A DNA stretch of 64,000 bases from Eledone cirrhosa (lineage: Eukaryota). Shown in pieces: positions 1 through 15,906 of the stretch. Location: contig OZ024743.1 of the NCBI GenBank assembly GCA_964016885.1, positions 253,332,001-253,396,000 on the forward strand, given 5' to 3'. The notes under the pieces were generated by a model. It made no database searches. It was not told the DNA's origin and saw nothing but the letters and a program-made list of their open reading frames with translations. The first letter of the stretch is position 1. Each line of letters begins with the position of its first letter. Both the position numbers and the translations under genes were made by a program.

Positions 1-1535
<1,535 letters not shown>

Positions 1536-1536
1536 T

Positions 1537-1587
<51 letters not shown>

Positions 1588-1677
1588 TATATGTATAAAT
1601 GTATATATATTTATATAAAAAAGCTACTGACATGGCTATAAAATTGACGCTTGTTTGCATAATTGCAAACGAATCGG

Positions 1678-1775
1678 ATTTTGCCTTTCATCCTTACGGG
1701 GTCGATAAAATAAAGTACCAGTAACGCACTGGGTAATTGCTGGCCTTGTGCCTAAAGTAGAAACAATTATTAATA
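1678..1775 (+). mobile_element. tRNA-derived SINE, 3' part
   Basis: tttgcctttcatccttacggggtcgataaaataaagtaccag...gctggccttgtgcctaaagtagaaac, shared with about 10 copies in the window. Confidence 0.8.
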
Positions 1776-1838
1776 TTCGAAAAACACAGATTACATTTAT
1801 TATATTTATATATACAGTATATACATATAGAGAGAGAG

Positions 1839-1929
<91 letters not shown>

Positions 1930-2710
1930 CATATATGGGAACCGGACTGCGTAGATATGTTTCTATAAGGTTGAAATATGAATATACATGTTCATAATCA
2001 TAAATATTTGTATATAATTTAAATATATATTCACACAGATAAACACAAAGACTTACACACACACACAGATATATATATATATATATAAATATATATGTAT
2101 ACATACTTATATACAGATAACTCTCTCACATATATATATATGTGTGTATATGTGTGTGTGTGTGTATGTGTGTGTTCGTGTGCGTATAATACAAAGATGT
2201 AGTCATTTTGGCATGTATTTCTTCACGTATAACCTATGCGTGCTATTGTGATCAGTCACGTCACCAATTCATCATATATATTTGAAGCACTTTTTTCATT
2301 TGTACGTGCACACTCACTGACGCACGCACGCACGCACATACACACACACACACACACATACTCACTCACGCTTACACGAACACTCACACACATTCACAAA
2401 CGCACACACACACATTCTCCCTCTCCTTCACACATAAATACATACACAGGCACACAGATGCCCAGACAGGCATAGCAATTTAAACTCACACAGTTTTACA
2501 TATGTGTTTAATTTCAGTTATCTACTTCTTGTTACAGTTTTTATTATGTATTTTTTCTTTTCTATATTTTCCCTGAATATATTGCTATATTTACATCGTG
2601 TCTGACACCAATGGTACAACTACCACTAACAATACGACAGACACCACTACCACCAACTCCACCCAAACTGAAGACAACATTACCACCACCATCTTTCGCT
2701 ACTTAGCAAC

Positions 2711-2785
<75 letters not shown>

Positions 2786-2828
2786 ACACACACACACATA
2801 TATATATATATGTATATAATACCCAAGC

Positions 2829-2863
<35 letters not shown>

Positions 2864-3182
2864 CATACGCATATAATTATATATGTATAAAATCTAGAGA
2901 ACACATGTTTCAGTTTAGTAAATAAATGCTACTTCAAACTGCTTTATATATACCATCACATGCTTCAGTGGCAAATATACCTTCTGAAGTTAAGCTTAAT
3001 ACAAGTCCAATAACTCTTGGATAGGACAAAACAAGCCAATAGGAAGTCTTTAGAGCAGAACATTAGAACGTCTATAACATACTAGACCTTTTATGACTAA
3101 ACGTCTTTAACAGACTTAAATATAAACATATATACATATATATACATATATATATATATACACATATATATGTGTGTGTATA

Positions 3183-3221
<39 letters not shown>

Positions 3222-3589
3222 TGACGTACACACATACACTTGCACACAAACGCATGCGCGCATAGATACACATATATATGTGTGTATGTATATGTATATG
3301 TACTTATAAATATCTGTTGATCTTGTATTAACTGGGGCTGGTGTGGTGGTATTAGTAGTGAAGGTGCGTTATGGTTGTAAAGTAGTAGAGTAGGTAGAAC
3401 AGTAGGAGGATAAGAAATGTTGCAATTATTAAATACCATTAGGATATTATATCATGTGTATATATGGACGTACGCATATGCGTTTCTACATGTAGGTATG
3501 TATACATATGTATATATATACATACATACATGTACAAACGCATATGCGTATGTCCATATATACACATACATGTTCACATGATATAATAT

Positions 3590-3661
<72 letters not shown>

Positions 3662-3734
3662 ATGTATATATATATATATGTAAGTGTATATATATATATA
3701 TGTATGTATGTGTATATATATATGTATATGTGTA

Positions 3735-3796
<62 letters not shown>

Positions 3797-4844
3797 TACA
3801 TATATATATACATGCGTGTACGTGCGCGTGTGTGTGTGTGTGTGTGAGCGAGAGCGAGAGATATATAGAGAGGGGAGTGAGAGATGGAGAGAGAGTTAAA
3901 ACGCACCCAACACACGCCGTGAAGCGGTTGGCGTTTGGAGAATTATCCACCCATAGAAACCATGCAAGCACGGAAAATAGAAGGAAGATGTTGATGATGA
4001 TGATGATGATGTGGAGGGTGAGGATGAGGATGATGATGACGATGGCTTTAATGTAGGACACAGAAACATTGTCAAACGAAAAAAACCTGATTGGTTTTAC
4101 CTATACTACACAACTTCTAAGAAATAAACTACAGATGGTGGCATTTTACTCTTGCAACCTCACACGATACTTTGATCGTTGTGATGAAATGTCAACTTTC
4201 ACTATGAGTCTTTCAAAAATTCATACCATGAGCAGCGCTGTGCGGAGTGTTAAAAACATAAGCAAAATATGGGGGAAATCACAGCCTACATATCAGAATT
4301 GATAATAATAAAACATAGTTATGTCATACTTTAAGTCTTCGAAGATGTTCAGCAAGCAACCAGCAGAATCAAAGAATCGTGGCTAGAGACTACAAATGAT
4401 GAAGATTCTAAGTAGTAGAATCCGTTTCTAATAACATGCAAATTTATTCACACCTGCCAAGGTAATAAAGGCACTGAAACGCAAGAGGTTACTGGCAATG
4501 GAAAAGGACAGGGCACAGAGAATATAATTCAAGAAAGTAGTCAAAATGATATACACCATCAAGGAGACGAGCGCCAAATCTTTTTCAACATTTCCCATAT
4601 AAACTCGACATATGATGAGATGTCACTTTGATTGTACCCTCCCAAATGTAAAATGCAAATAAAGTTTGTATATATACTGCAATACTGACCACGGCTCTGA
4701 AATCTACTTACACTCTGCAAACTACGGCTGTAGCACTGGAATACAACCCAAACGAAACTGCCCTCGTAACGGTATTGAGTGCTTCGAACGGCACACCACC
4801 TGTAACTGGTGGTGTTACACACCTAACACACACAAACACAAACA

Positions 4845-4924
<80 letters not shown>

Positions 4925-4928
<4 letters not shown>

Positions 4929-5398
4929 TAAATATAGTCCATCATCAGTGATCTTCCAACCTTCATTGGTATTTCATCCCTTTAAAGACCATATACCCCC
5001 GGTTGGTGCGAGCAACGGCTAAAGAAAGTCGTTGGGTAACGTAAATAAGGGAAACGAGTGAGACAGTAACAATCAAATATGGTAATGCAACGAAAAGGGA
5101 GGAAGAAGGAGTCAAGTCCCTGAAATCGATGAATATAAGTTCTGTGAAATCGTGGACGAGAGAGAATAAAGACCATCAAACCTGGTCGAAATGTGAGTAA
5201 GGAAAGAATTTCGCACAGGTCAAACGGGAGGAAGAAGGAGTCAAGTCCCTGAAATCGATGAACATAAGTTCTGTGAAATCGTAGACGAGAGAGAATAAAT
5301 ACCATCCGACCTGGTCAAAGTGTGTGTGAGGAAAGAATCTCGCACAGGTCAAACGGGCGGAAGTAGGAGAGGGAGTAGCAGAGAGTGAGTGAGTAAAA

Positions 5399-5400
<2 letters not shown>
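4925..5400 (-). mobile_element. Short interspersed repeat between (TA)n tracts, with ~131-bp internal tandem repeat and structured-RNA motif
   Basis: 5095-5360 is about two copies of a ~131-bp unit. 4925-5060 aligns in reverse with 34635-34830 and 46330-46520. Confidence 0.6.
4938..5006 (-). ncRNA. Candidate k-turn/pseudoknotted hammerhead-like motif, copy 1
   Basis: Minus strand: ccaacc g gg ggtat a tggtct N9 t gaa atacc aat ga a ggttgg a agatca ctgatga tgga. Three helices, with CUGAUGA and GAAA intact. Confidence 0.5.
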
Positions 5401-5475
<75 letters not shown>

Positions 5476-5749
5476 TTTGCTTATATGTTTTCGGTTTGTG
5501 TTGGCCATAATTGCTTCATTGTGAAAATATTAGGCAATATGAACCTGATGGATGATGTCGCCGTGATTCTAAGTAATCTGGCCATTGAAATATATATAAT
5601 GTTTGCAACAATAAAACTTTAAGGAAAGTTCACCAGTCCGGCCTCCTGTCATTTTATTCAAATTATAATTAACTTCGGTCCCGTACCACGAACAGTATTC
5701 AACAACAAATATGGATGATTTGCGTAACGTCGAGTGCTTTACCTAATAT

Positions 5750-6092
5750 TACATCATTACGTTCTGAGTTCAAATCCCGTCGAGGTTAACTTTGCCGTTC
5801 ATCCTTGCGGGGTAGATAAAATAGAGCACCAGTAATGCACTGGGATAATTGCTGGCCTTGTGGCAAATGTAGAAACAATTATTAACTATACGAAAGGTGG
5901 TGTATTGGCAGTTTGGGTAAAAGATCGGATGCCGCGCTTTGCGCCATAGAGATTCGGTCTTTTACGATCGGAGTTCAAATCACACCGAGGTTAAATTTGC
6001 TTTTCATCCTTACGGGGTCGATAAAATAGAGTACCAGTCATGTTCTGGGATAAGTGCTGGCCTTGTGTCAAAAGTAGAAATAATTATTAACT
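5750..6092 (+). mobile_element. Two tandem tRNA-derived SINE copies
   Basis: B-box-like gagttcaaatc followed by the SINE core, twice head-to-tail (~5750-5890 and ~5893-6092). Confidence 0.8.
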
Positions 6093-6202
6093 ATACGGAA
6101 TGTCCAGTTCTATCCAGTGGTGAACCATCAAACTTCAATGGATATATATATAAACTTTTATTTGTACTGCCTCTCTGTTTTTGTTCCCGTCCAAGTTTGT
6201 AC

Positions 6203-6233
<31 letters not shown>

Positions 6234-6774
6234 ATATATTGGTAAAATAAAACGGAATGTTATATCAGTAGTAAGTAGAGCACCCTGTCCATAGGACGAG
6301 GTCTTATTCCCTTCACTGGAATGTTATGACCAAATCTAGGCCATACGGAAATAGAAATTTGCCTTGTTGGTTCTGTATCGATGAACGGATAAATATCTTG
6401 CTGATATAAGGTAAGAGTACTTGTTTCAATATGAGATCTAATTGTTTAATCTCTGTGAAATACATGAAATACATGTTACATAACTTCAAGGACCGAGAAT
6501 AGATTTTACCCGGAATGAACTAACTCAATCATCTCGTTCAACAGTCGAACTTGAGTTGTCTCCCTGGTCGACGTCCAAGTGCAGAAACCAGTCACCTCAT
6601 ATACACTTCCGTTTTCAGCACAACCTCACTGAAGTTGGGAATCCGTTGGGTGAAACGGTCTTCCTCTAGTATGTTTTGCTAATTTCTTGTGGAACTAATC
6701 CGTTCTATCCCCTTCTATCTCTCTCTTTCTCACCCCCTTCTCTTTCTCCACCTCTCCCTCCCCCCTCACTCTCT

Positions 6775-6808
<34 letters not shown>

Positions 6809-7012
6809 AATATATATGTTTTTGAAATATTTACTTCTGCGTTCACAGATTGACTTTTTTCGTTTCAGAAGACCCCGTTAAGAGTGAAAGCAGCGATTCT
6901 TTGCTTAAAATTTAATCTGTTACTTTAATAAATATTTGCTCTACGGTTCTTATATATTTGATATATATTTATCCTCTTTGGATTTTAGTCTTCAAATGTA
7001 TTATTATTACTA

Positions 7013-7043
<31 letters not shown>

Positions 7044-7057
7044 GTGTGTGTGTGTGC

Positions 7058-7135
<78 letters not shown>

Positions 7136-7848
7136 GAACTAAACAAACTGAGTTTATATATGGTGATGTGTAAAATCCCAACCGCATCGCCAACACTCAA
7201 ACATACATATGCATATGTAATTTCTTTCTACACATCATTTTTTTACCAACTAGCTTTAAATTTTTCAGAATACTTCGTGATCCCTTCGCTTTCTGTCTCT
7301 ACCACTAACACTATTTTACTCTCAGTCACTGTCTATATAAATATTTTCCCCCCTCTCTGTCACTATACTTTTCTCATTCTCACTCTCACTACATTCTCTC
7401 TCTGTCTATCATTATCTCTCTACATCTAACTTTACCTCCTCTCACACATGCTTAGAAACTCCCTTTCCTGTATTATCTCTATGATTCTGTTTTGTAGGTG
7501 TCTTTCACGGTCTGTTGTACTGTTTTACCAACTTTACTCACTGGAACGGTGACTAGAACTCCAACATTTGATAGATATATTTATTGAATATATTTCAGCA
7601 GCAATGATATATTTTTTCATAAATACTTACTTACACAAACACAGATACACATACTCATGCATTGCTACATGCATAGGCAGATTTAACACCCCCTCCACAC
7701 ACATATGCATATATATATACGCATAATATGTATATATAATGATATATTTATGTGTGTATCTGTCAAAGGCAGCGCTTTTAAATAACTTCAACACAAATGC
7801 GCATTTATATATAAACATAAATACATGTATACACATACATATATACAT

Positions 7849-7916
<68 letters not shown>

Positions 7917-8841
7917 TTATATCTATTTATGTATATGTGGTACTATATATGTTTATGCATATGGCCATGGAGATTACACGTACGTAGTTTCTCATTGCAT
8001 ATCCATGTATTGTGTGGGTGTGTATATGTTTGAGTAGGCGCCTGTGTATTAGTAATAACTAAAAGTACATTTTACACTCTGCCAATTTATCTAATACTGC
8101 ATAGTAATTACAATTTTACCAATTCCATGTGAGGATCCACCGAATCTCTAAAGATTATAAAATGTATTAAAACTTCTTGAAAAAACATTTCATTCATATC
8201 TAACCAACCATACACACACAGGTTTTTGGTATTTGTATTTACAAGAGTTTTGTTTGAAAGCTACTAAAATGTGAAGCGGACGGTAAATGTTATAAATATG
8301 AGGACAATAATGTTCATTATAGGTCCTTTCATTTCAGGATAAAATCTCTTTATCAAAAGATTAATACAAGAAACTAATTCTAAGATGTATATTTTCTCTC
8401 GCTCTTAAGCTGTCATTTAATTAAATTTGAATGTAGTGGTTGTTTTCCCCTTCAAATTTGGCAGTGTTGAATGGATCACTTAGTTTGTGAGCTAAATTTT
8501 TATCTGATCTCAGCTACGGAGGCATCATTTCTGGAATGGAATGAAGCATTGTACTGTTTATATATATATATAAGCCACTAGGTGTTCAGTTCTTGTCCAT
8601 TGTTGATTTTGGGGTTTCAGTTTGGATACTATTATAAATTTCTTCTGAGATTGTCAGCATTCCTATTCCTGACTTCGGTAGTGAAAGCTATATCTTTATT
8701 TATGCCTCTCAGTGCTTTTCTTCAAGCAAGATGCGTGTGTGTTGGGGCCTTCTTTGATACAGAGAAGTAGTGGTCATATAATGATGCTGGTGCAAAGTTT
8801 AATCAATATACACTTGTATATTTTTGATATTATATTATTTA

Positions 8842-9062
8842 GAGGATGGTGTATTGGTAGAAGTGGTAGAGCATCGGACAAAATGCCACATCAGTAATTA
8901 TTTTGGCTCTATACATTGTGAGTTCAAGATCCCGCCAAATTGAACATCACCTTCCATGCTATCGGAGTTGATAAAATAACGTGCCAGTCAAGTACTGGGT
9001 AGATTTAATTAACTTTGCCCTTCCTCCAAATTTTATGTCCATGTTAAATTAAAAATCAATAT
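8842..9062 (+). mobile_element. Diverged tRNA-derived SINE, longer 3' variant
   Basis: A-box-like tggtagaagtggtagagc, B-box gagttcaagatccc and SINE core. It has an extra segment after actggg that the other copies lack. Confidence 0.7.
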
Positions 9063-9976
9063 TTTGTTTATTTTAAAAAAAATTCTTTGTTGACAATTGA
9101 GTTTCATGTCACTGTGTGATCGTGAAACATGAAAATTGCAGTAATGTACAACATGAGGAACGATAAATAAAATTCTGTTCAAATAATATGCATAATCTAC
9201 AACATCTATCTACTGATTATTTCTCATACATACTATGCAAATGTCGATGCCTTTCGTTTTATAACATGTTTCTGTTTAAATCAGTGACTCCAAGAAATAT
9301 AGGAGACATCGTTCTGTCAATGTCGCTCGTGTTTACAGAAAAGTTGAATCTTAAATTATCATTAAGATGCTTCTTATAATTGAGTTGTTTTTACATTCAT
9401 TCTTAAACACATTCTCTTTCCATTATCACTTCCTTTTCATTTTGAAATTATTTCAATGTGAAACCTGTCACAGTGTAATGTTTGTTGCAGTGGAACAAAA
9501 CCCCAAGCTGGTTTCCATCTCAATACACTAAAGTCCTAGGATAGAAATACAATTTTCGTCTTTAAGCTTTTCATTTAGTGATAGTTTGTTGCCAATTAGT
9601 TTCAGCGAAAGTGTTATCTAGCAGTGAAGACAAATTTGACGTTTTATTGCTTGCTATTCATATATGTATATACATAATAATCCCCGCCATTCTAAGAATT
9701 AAATGTATTGTGAAAGTTTGTTATTCAGGAAGAAGACAACAGTAAGTAACAAATGTAAACACTCTTTATCTGCTGCATCTAAGTTTCTTTTATATCATAT
9801 TATATTAACGCTTCGGTGGCTGTATTTCAGATGTCAATAGATCATTGTTCTGGGGTTGAATTTGTCTGGCAAATGTATTGTTCTGGGACCACATGTTGAA
9901 GCTATAGCAATTATATCGTTGATAAGACATTTTTACAATTGTTTTATACTTATACCCCCCCACACACACACACACC

Positions 9977-10010
<34 letters not shown>

Positions 10011-11213
10011 GTTAAAGAATGAAGAGTAACATGGTTGGCTGTACAATAAGGGTTTTATTTAATGTACTGACAATTGTTTCGTTGATCAGGTGAGTCTAGA
10101 GTTCGCTAATCGCTTAAGGTTGCGTCATTCGATCTCCAATACATTATTTAACTCTGGTCAACACATCAGAGTACGTAGATATGAAAGTAATTCACTCGAG
10201 GCAAGAATTATATAGAAAAATGGCGTATAATCAAAACAATAACATCAATAATAAAATAGCGTATAATCAAAACAATAACATAGATAATAAATTATATATG
10301 GTAGAGAAGTTACAGATGTAAAAAAGTAAAAAGTAAAATATAAGATAGGGTACATTAAAAAATAAGATAATGAGGAAATGGAAAATATAAAGAAATAAAT
10401 AAGTGGGAGCGTGTGAGTACATAGTATGTTTGTAGTAGTTTTTGAATAAGTGTTCTTATAAGGATTCGTTGGTCGCTTAAGTGCTAACATGTAAAACCAG
10501 GTTTGAGATGTACATAGATACGTGTAGAGGGTCTGATGTAGTGACAGATAAAAGAAAAGACAATAGAGATTGATTGGTGGATACATGTATGATATTTATG
10601 GGCTGGGAATGACGGGACATTTGATAAACGCTTGTTGTAAATGTTTTGCTGATTGTTCTGTCTTAATGGGGTGGATGCTCTTTCAGGGAGAGAGGGTGAA
10701 AGAAATGTTCAGAGATTTATGATCCAGTGACCAATTGGCAGTTTGATAGCTAATAGAAGTGCGATGGTGTGTATTCTATATGTTAAAATCTAGGTGGTTC
10801 AGTACTAATTTTGTGATTGCTGGTTTAAATGCTGGTGGTTTGAAGTTTGTGAATTTAGTAGCTATTTTATGCCTACACAAAATTGATCTTTCTATTTTGC
10901 TGTTAAGCAGCACCCCGTCGTACCTTAAAATATCTAGTAGTTCTAAGTTACAAAGCCCGCAGTGGGACATTCCGTTACTGTAGGCTTTTGATAACGATGA
11001 TTTTGACCAGCTAATCTTATATTCTAGGTTTTTGTCGTTAAGCTGCCAGATATTATTGGCGAGCGTTATAGAGTTCTCCAGTCCACGGTTCTTCATGGAG
11101 TGTCTGAGGACCTACCGCCTTTCTTTGAACTCCTCCGCCGTGGTACCTATGTAGTGCCAAGTAGAGTTGCCTGAATTTACAGTACACAGGTATACCATAC
11201 TCGAATCCAGGCA
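10011..11213 (-). mobile_element. 5'-truncated Penelope-like element (Hydra-type GIY-YIG end plus 3' UTR) in (TA)n
   Basis: Minus strand reads CLDSSMVYLCTV...HYIGTTAEEFKERR*...TLANNIWQL...ISW...CGLCNLE...LLN...CRH. HHR near the 3' end. Confidence 0.85.
10064..10174 (-). ncRNA. Type I hammerhead ribozyme motif with long stem II loop (one core mismatch)
   Basis: gtact CTGATGt gttgacca..~64 nt..tgatcaac GAAA caattg TC agtac. Stem III is palindromic (acaattgt). Confidence 0.7.
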
Positions 11214-11932
11214 TATATATATGTATATATATATATATATATGAATATATGCATCTGTGTATCTATGTGATCCTCACGCACATGTACTGTCTGCTGTCGA
11301 TTTATTCATTTATTTCTAGACATAATTTTGGACGTGTTTATTTCACTTTTTGTCGAAAGATCACATAAAATTCCTTGTGTAATATTGTTTAGCTTTTTCT
11401 TGTTTCACATGCATCACAACAACAGATCGATCATTCAATCTGTTGGGCAAACTGGCATTTCAATGACTGTACCTCTTTAATACGCAAGCTGCACTGCCAA
11501 CAATGTGGATGACAAGGTATGGATGCAACTGCCGTCTGTTGTATGTATAATAAATTTGTGCAATTTGTGCTGATAGTGCATATAAATAAAAGGACTGTTA
11601 TATAGTTGATTACTACCATAGTAATATATTATCCCAAATATTGCGACCCGGGACGACAATCACAGATTTATCAGAGTTATTCCCTTACGAATACCTTGAT
11701 AACTATTTTGTTTTCCTATAAATCTGATCATATTCGCGGACACTATGCTATTATATATATATATATTGATTCATATATATACATATACTATGGTATATAA
11801 TATGTATGATGATTATGTTTCTCAATGTTAAACAGTACCGTAGGAAAAATAATGACCTCCCCACCTTAAAGTATGTAATTCTTCCTATTACAAAATATAT
11901 TGTGTTTCTCAAACGATATATTGCTCTTTCTC

Positions 11933-11992
<60 letters not shown>

Positions 11993-12150
11993 AATATATT
12001 TAATATATAATATATATAATATATTTTAATTTTAATTATATATATATATACGTTGTAATTTGAATTATATATATATACATATATATATACAATAAAGACA
12101 GACGAAAGCATATATGTATATATCTGCGTTCGTCTCTCTTTATGGTATTA

Positions 12151-13513
12151 CTAGCAGAAAAACCCGGCGTTTCACGGGGCAGGAAACGTGAAATAGCAAC
12201 ACGTATATGCAAAGATTAAGGAATGTACCTGTGTACTTTTTGAATTCCCTTATTCTCAGGGAATCATTGTTTATCCACTGGAAACGTAGGACACCAGCAG
12301 GCCCGAATCGTGAAACATCTACATGCATGAGCAAAATCTGATGCGAATCAGCTGGATACTCTTTAAACGTACTAAATCATAGAGTATGATTTTTCTTCCA
12401 TTTGGAGAAAATCGGTTAGGTACTTTTGCATCCAGTCATCCGGACAGAATTCCTCGGTTATGTCTATTGCGCCTGCATGCATAATGTACAGAGTAAAGCC
12501 GGCAATGCTTGAGGAAGACATGTCATGCAATCGCACAGCATGTTGGGCCTTCCTCACAGGAGACCATAGCCGCTTCGTAAATCTACCCAATCTGATATAG
12601 ACCGAAATGTTATATCGGATGCCGAACGCTTCGAAATTACTATTGGGGAGACCATCAACAATTTCAAGAGATATACGTTTAAGTAGGGATATTGAGATGA
12701 CGAAATCAGCCTGGCAACGCAGCTGCAGCAGAAGGGGATCATGGTAAAGTAGCACGAACGCTGGGAGGCACTGGTTGCACTGCATTTACACAGCAACAAA
12801 GGTGCGACAAACGGGTCATCGCGGAATTAGCACAACCGCTATTCGGCGTACTTGCGCAGGGCGTTCATACAGCGGTGTAGGTGCAACAAAAGGGATATTT
12901 GTAGAAGTAGCACAGACGTGAGTTTTACAGTGTCAATAACACGGCAACGTACACAGGGCCCGGATCTGCGCATAATGAAAGAACGAAGCATCATCAGGAC
13001 ACCGACAAAAATGTTAAGGTCCTCTTCATTTCCTCAATCCCCCCAAAATGGTACTGCTTAAAAGTAAGTAAGTGTTGTGTCCTCTGTTAAATATACGAAA
13101 TGTTTAACGAAATATTAAACGCTACTTACGATGTTTAAGTAGCGTTTATATTGAAAATGAAAATGCCATGTAATGCCCAATGCTAATTCGTAAATTTCCT
13201 AGAAACCATTAATAGAATCTAAAATGTCTTTGTGCACGACAATGTGTGCTGCAAATTTCGAGGAACTCGGCTGGATTATCGTTGAGTTACGCCTCAAAAC
13301 ATCATAAACATGCTTAAAAAATGCGGTTTTTCGCTTAATAGGACAGAAGAATTTAAATTGTTTTAGCCCATTGTACTTTAAGAAATATAAGTAACGCATG
13401 TGTAAAGTTTGAAAAAAATTGGTCGGGTTCTTCTCGAATTTTAGGGATTTACACACCGAGACAGACACAGACTGACAGACAGACAGACATCCTCTGCTTT
13501 ATAAATATAGAGA
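12151..13513 (-). mobile_element. Non-autonomous Helitron
   Basis: Minus strand starts TC(tctatatttataaag) and ends with a cccgtgaaacgccggg hairpin followed by CTAG. It sits between A and T with no TSD and has a (GACA)n tract near the 5' end. Confidence 0.75.
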
Positions 13514-14257
13514 TAGGCTCGAAAATGTTTTCCATTGAGTTCCTTTGATTATAAGGGACTAATTTGAGTTTTTGCTTTTGATATATATATATATATATAT
13601 CCCTTCCATATACTGTATATATATATATATATAAATATATGTAAAAGGTAAACAGAAATAACATCACAATCGGTACAGTATATGGAAGGTATATATTAGG
13701 TTAACGCATGATATAGCAGGAAAAGGTTCTTTCAGAAGAAAGAATGTGAAATAAGATAGATTGAGGGGACGGGTGGGTTGGAATTGGAAAAAATGTCTTT
13801 AGATAAAAATAACAGGTCCATTCATGTTGACATCTCTTGCAAAACTGTTGGTGCTGGCGTTTTGTGTATGATTCGTTTTTTAGAAAAGTGGATAATGGTG
13901 CGCGTCTACCTTAAATGGAAAAAAAACAGTTTTGTAAAAATAGGTATACTTGTGCACGTGCGTAAGTATGTGTGTGTGTGTGTGTTATACGTCCCTACGA
14001 AGCTAAGAAGAAATATGTGTGTATAAGTGAGGAAATGAGTGTGTGTGTGTGCATGTAAGTACGAAACTAAGAGCAAAAGTATGTTAATATAGGGGTATGT
14101 ATTTGTGTATACACAGCAGTGAACCGAAAAGTGGAGTGAGCATATATAGTCGGTCTGTATTAGGCATACGGCTAGTGTGGGTCAATTGGTGCATACATAC
14201 AATTCTATCAACTTATAACACTTAAGATGATTATATATTACTATTATTATTAATAGT

Positions 14258-14725
14258 ATAAAGTACCAGTAATACACTGGTAAATTGCTGGCCTTGTGCC
14301 TAAAGTAGAAACAATTATTAATAGTATTAAGGGCGGTGGATTAGCAGTATCGGTAGAAGGTCGGATGCCATGCTTTGCAGCATAGGTACGGCTCTTGCCA
14401 TTCTGAGTTCAAATCCCGTCGAGGTTAACTTTGCCTTTCATCCTCACGGGGTCGATAAAATAAAGTACCAGTAATGCACTGGGTAATTGCTGGCCTTGTG
14501 CCAAAAGTCGAAACAATTATTAATAGTATTAAGGATGCAGGTTTTTCAGTATCGGGAGAGCATCAGACACCTTGCAGCATAGAGTCATGGCCCTTTACAT
14601 TCCCAGTTGAAATCCCGCCGAGTTTAGTTTTGCCTTTCATTCTTACGCGGTCGATGAAATAAAGCATCAGTAATGTACTGGGGTAATTGCTGGCTTTGTG
14701 CTAAAAGTAGAAACAATAATTATTA
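14258..14725 (+). mobile_element. Head-to-tail array of SINE copies (one partial, two near-complete)
   Basis: aaagtaccagtaat.cactgg.taattgctggccttgtgc..aaagt.gaaacaat repeats at ~200-bp spacing. Confidence 0.85.
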
Positions 14726-14847
14726 TTTATCTTTATTTTCACACCATTTATGTGCATTCTACCACCCAAACCTCTTAATATATGCAATCTTCTTTTTTCT
14801 ATTTCCTCTACTTAGTCCAGTTCATATATATAGCAATTATATTCATA

Positions 14848-14964
14848 GTTTCTGAAGAAGACGCCGATTGAACATGAATTTAGAGACTAGATGCAGGTAG
14901 TGACGTAACCACTAACATTACACTCTTCCACAATCCATCGACCTTCTGAAACGTTCGTAAAACA
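14848..14964 (+). ncRNA. Degenerate hammerhead-like motif
   Basis: gttt CTGAAGA ...long insert... GAAA cgttcg TA aaac. Stems I and III are present; stem II is poor. Confidence 0.4.
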
Positions 14965-15025
14965 ACGAAATACCTATTTCTGAAATTTTTGTTTTCATTG
15001 TTCTCTCTACACACACACACGCACG

Positions 15026-15056
<31 letters not shown>

Positions 15057-15112
15057 CCACACACACACACACACATACACACACACACATACACACACAC
15101 ACACACACGCAC

Positions 15113-15225
<113 letters not shown>

Positions 15226-15526
15226 AGTATAATCAAGGTTTAGCAAATAAGAAAAAGTTACAAAATAAATTTTAAAAAATTAACTTTACTCACTATGGTT
15301 ACATTTACCGAATCGGTTTCGAGTTTCAAAAACAAATGGACAGACCTTACAGCATCCATTGCAAAGAAAAGCTCTCGTCAGAAGGATCTTTTCACTCGGA
15401 GAATATAAAATTCCCGAGTTCAAATTACGAACTGGCGCTATTCAAAATTGTTCCCGAGATGAGAGTAAATGATGTGGGAGCTATTCCTTCAAGTGCCGTG
15501 TGTAAAGATAAATATATATATATATA

Positions 15527-15676
15527 AATAATTACAACAGTGACATATACAGAAACTCAAGCCTCGTTGGGTTCTGGACCCCAATTTCTTCAGCCTGTCT
15601 TGAGAGGCTAAACAAATTTGGGGGCCAGAACCCAACGAAACGTGAGTACCTTTCTATGTCATGGTTGTAATTATTC
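15527..15676. repeat. Imperfect hairpin relic with hammerhead halves
   Basis: tcgttgggttctgg.cccca pairs with tggggg.ccagaacccaacga. The arms combine to agg CTGAAGA..ttggg..cccaa c GAAA cgtgag TA cct. Confidence 0.55.
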
Positions 15677-15741
15677 ATACTAAACTCGTCCTATGGACTG
15701 AGTGTTTTTACTCTTGGATGTGTCCACTTAACTTTTACTTC

Positions 15742-15853
<112 letters not shown>

Positions 15854-15906
15854 ACATAGATAGATAGATAAATATACACGGGTGTCTATGATTGTGTATA
15901 GAAGAT

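Noticed and set aside
5095-5360. Regularly spaced repeats as a CRISPR array
   Set aside because: Whole units are duplicated with no unique spacers, and the context is eukaryotic with no cas genes.
6860-6900. cagaaga..gtgaaa hammerhead-like string (also 2895-2970, 6405-6500, 26050-26100)
   Set aside because: The core or stems are too degenerate to distinguish from chance.
9710-9900. Possible micro-exon (ttattcag...gtaagt)
   Set aside because: Splice-like motifs alone are not evidence, and there is no recognisable coding product.
14329-14425. tRNA genes from A/B-box motifs
   Set aside because: These are SINE heads with no cloverleaf and are always fused to the SINE body.
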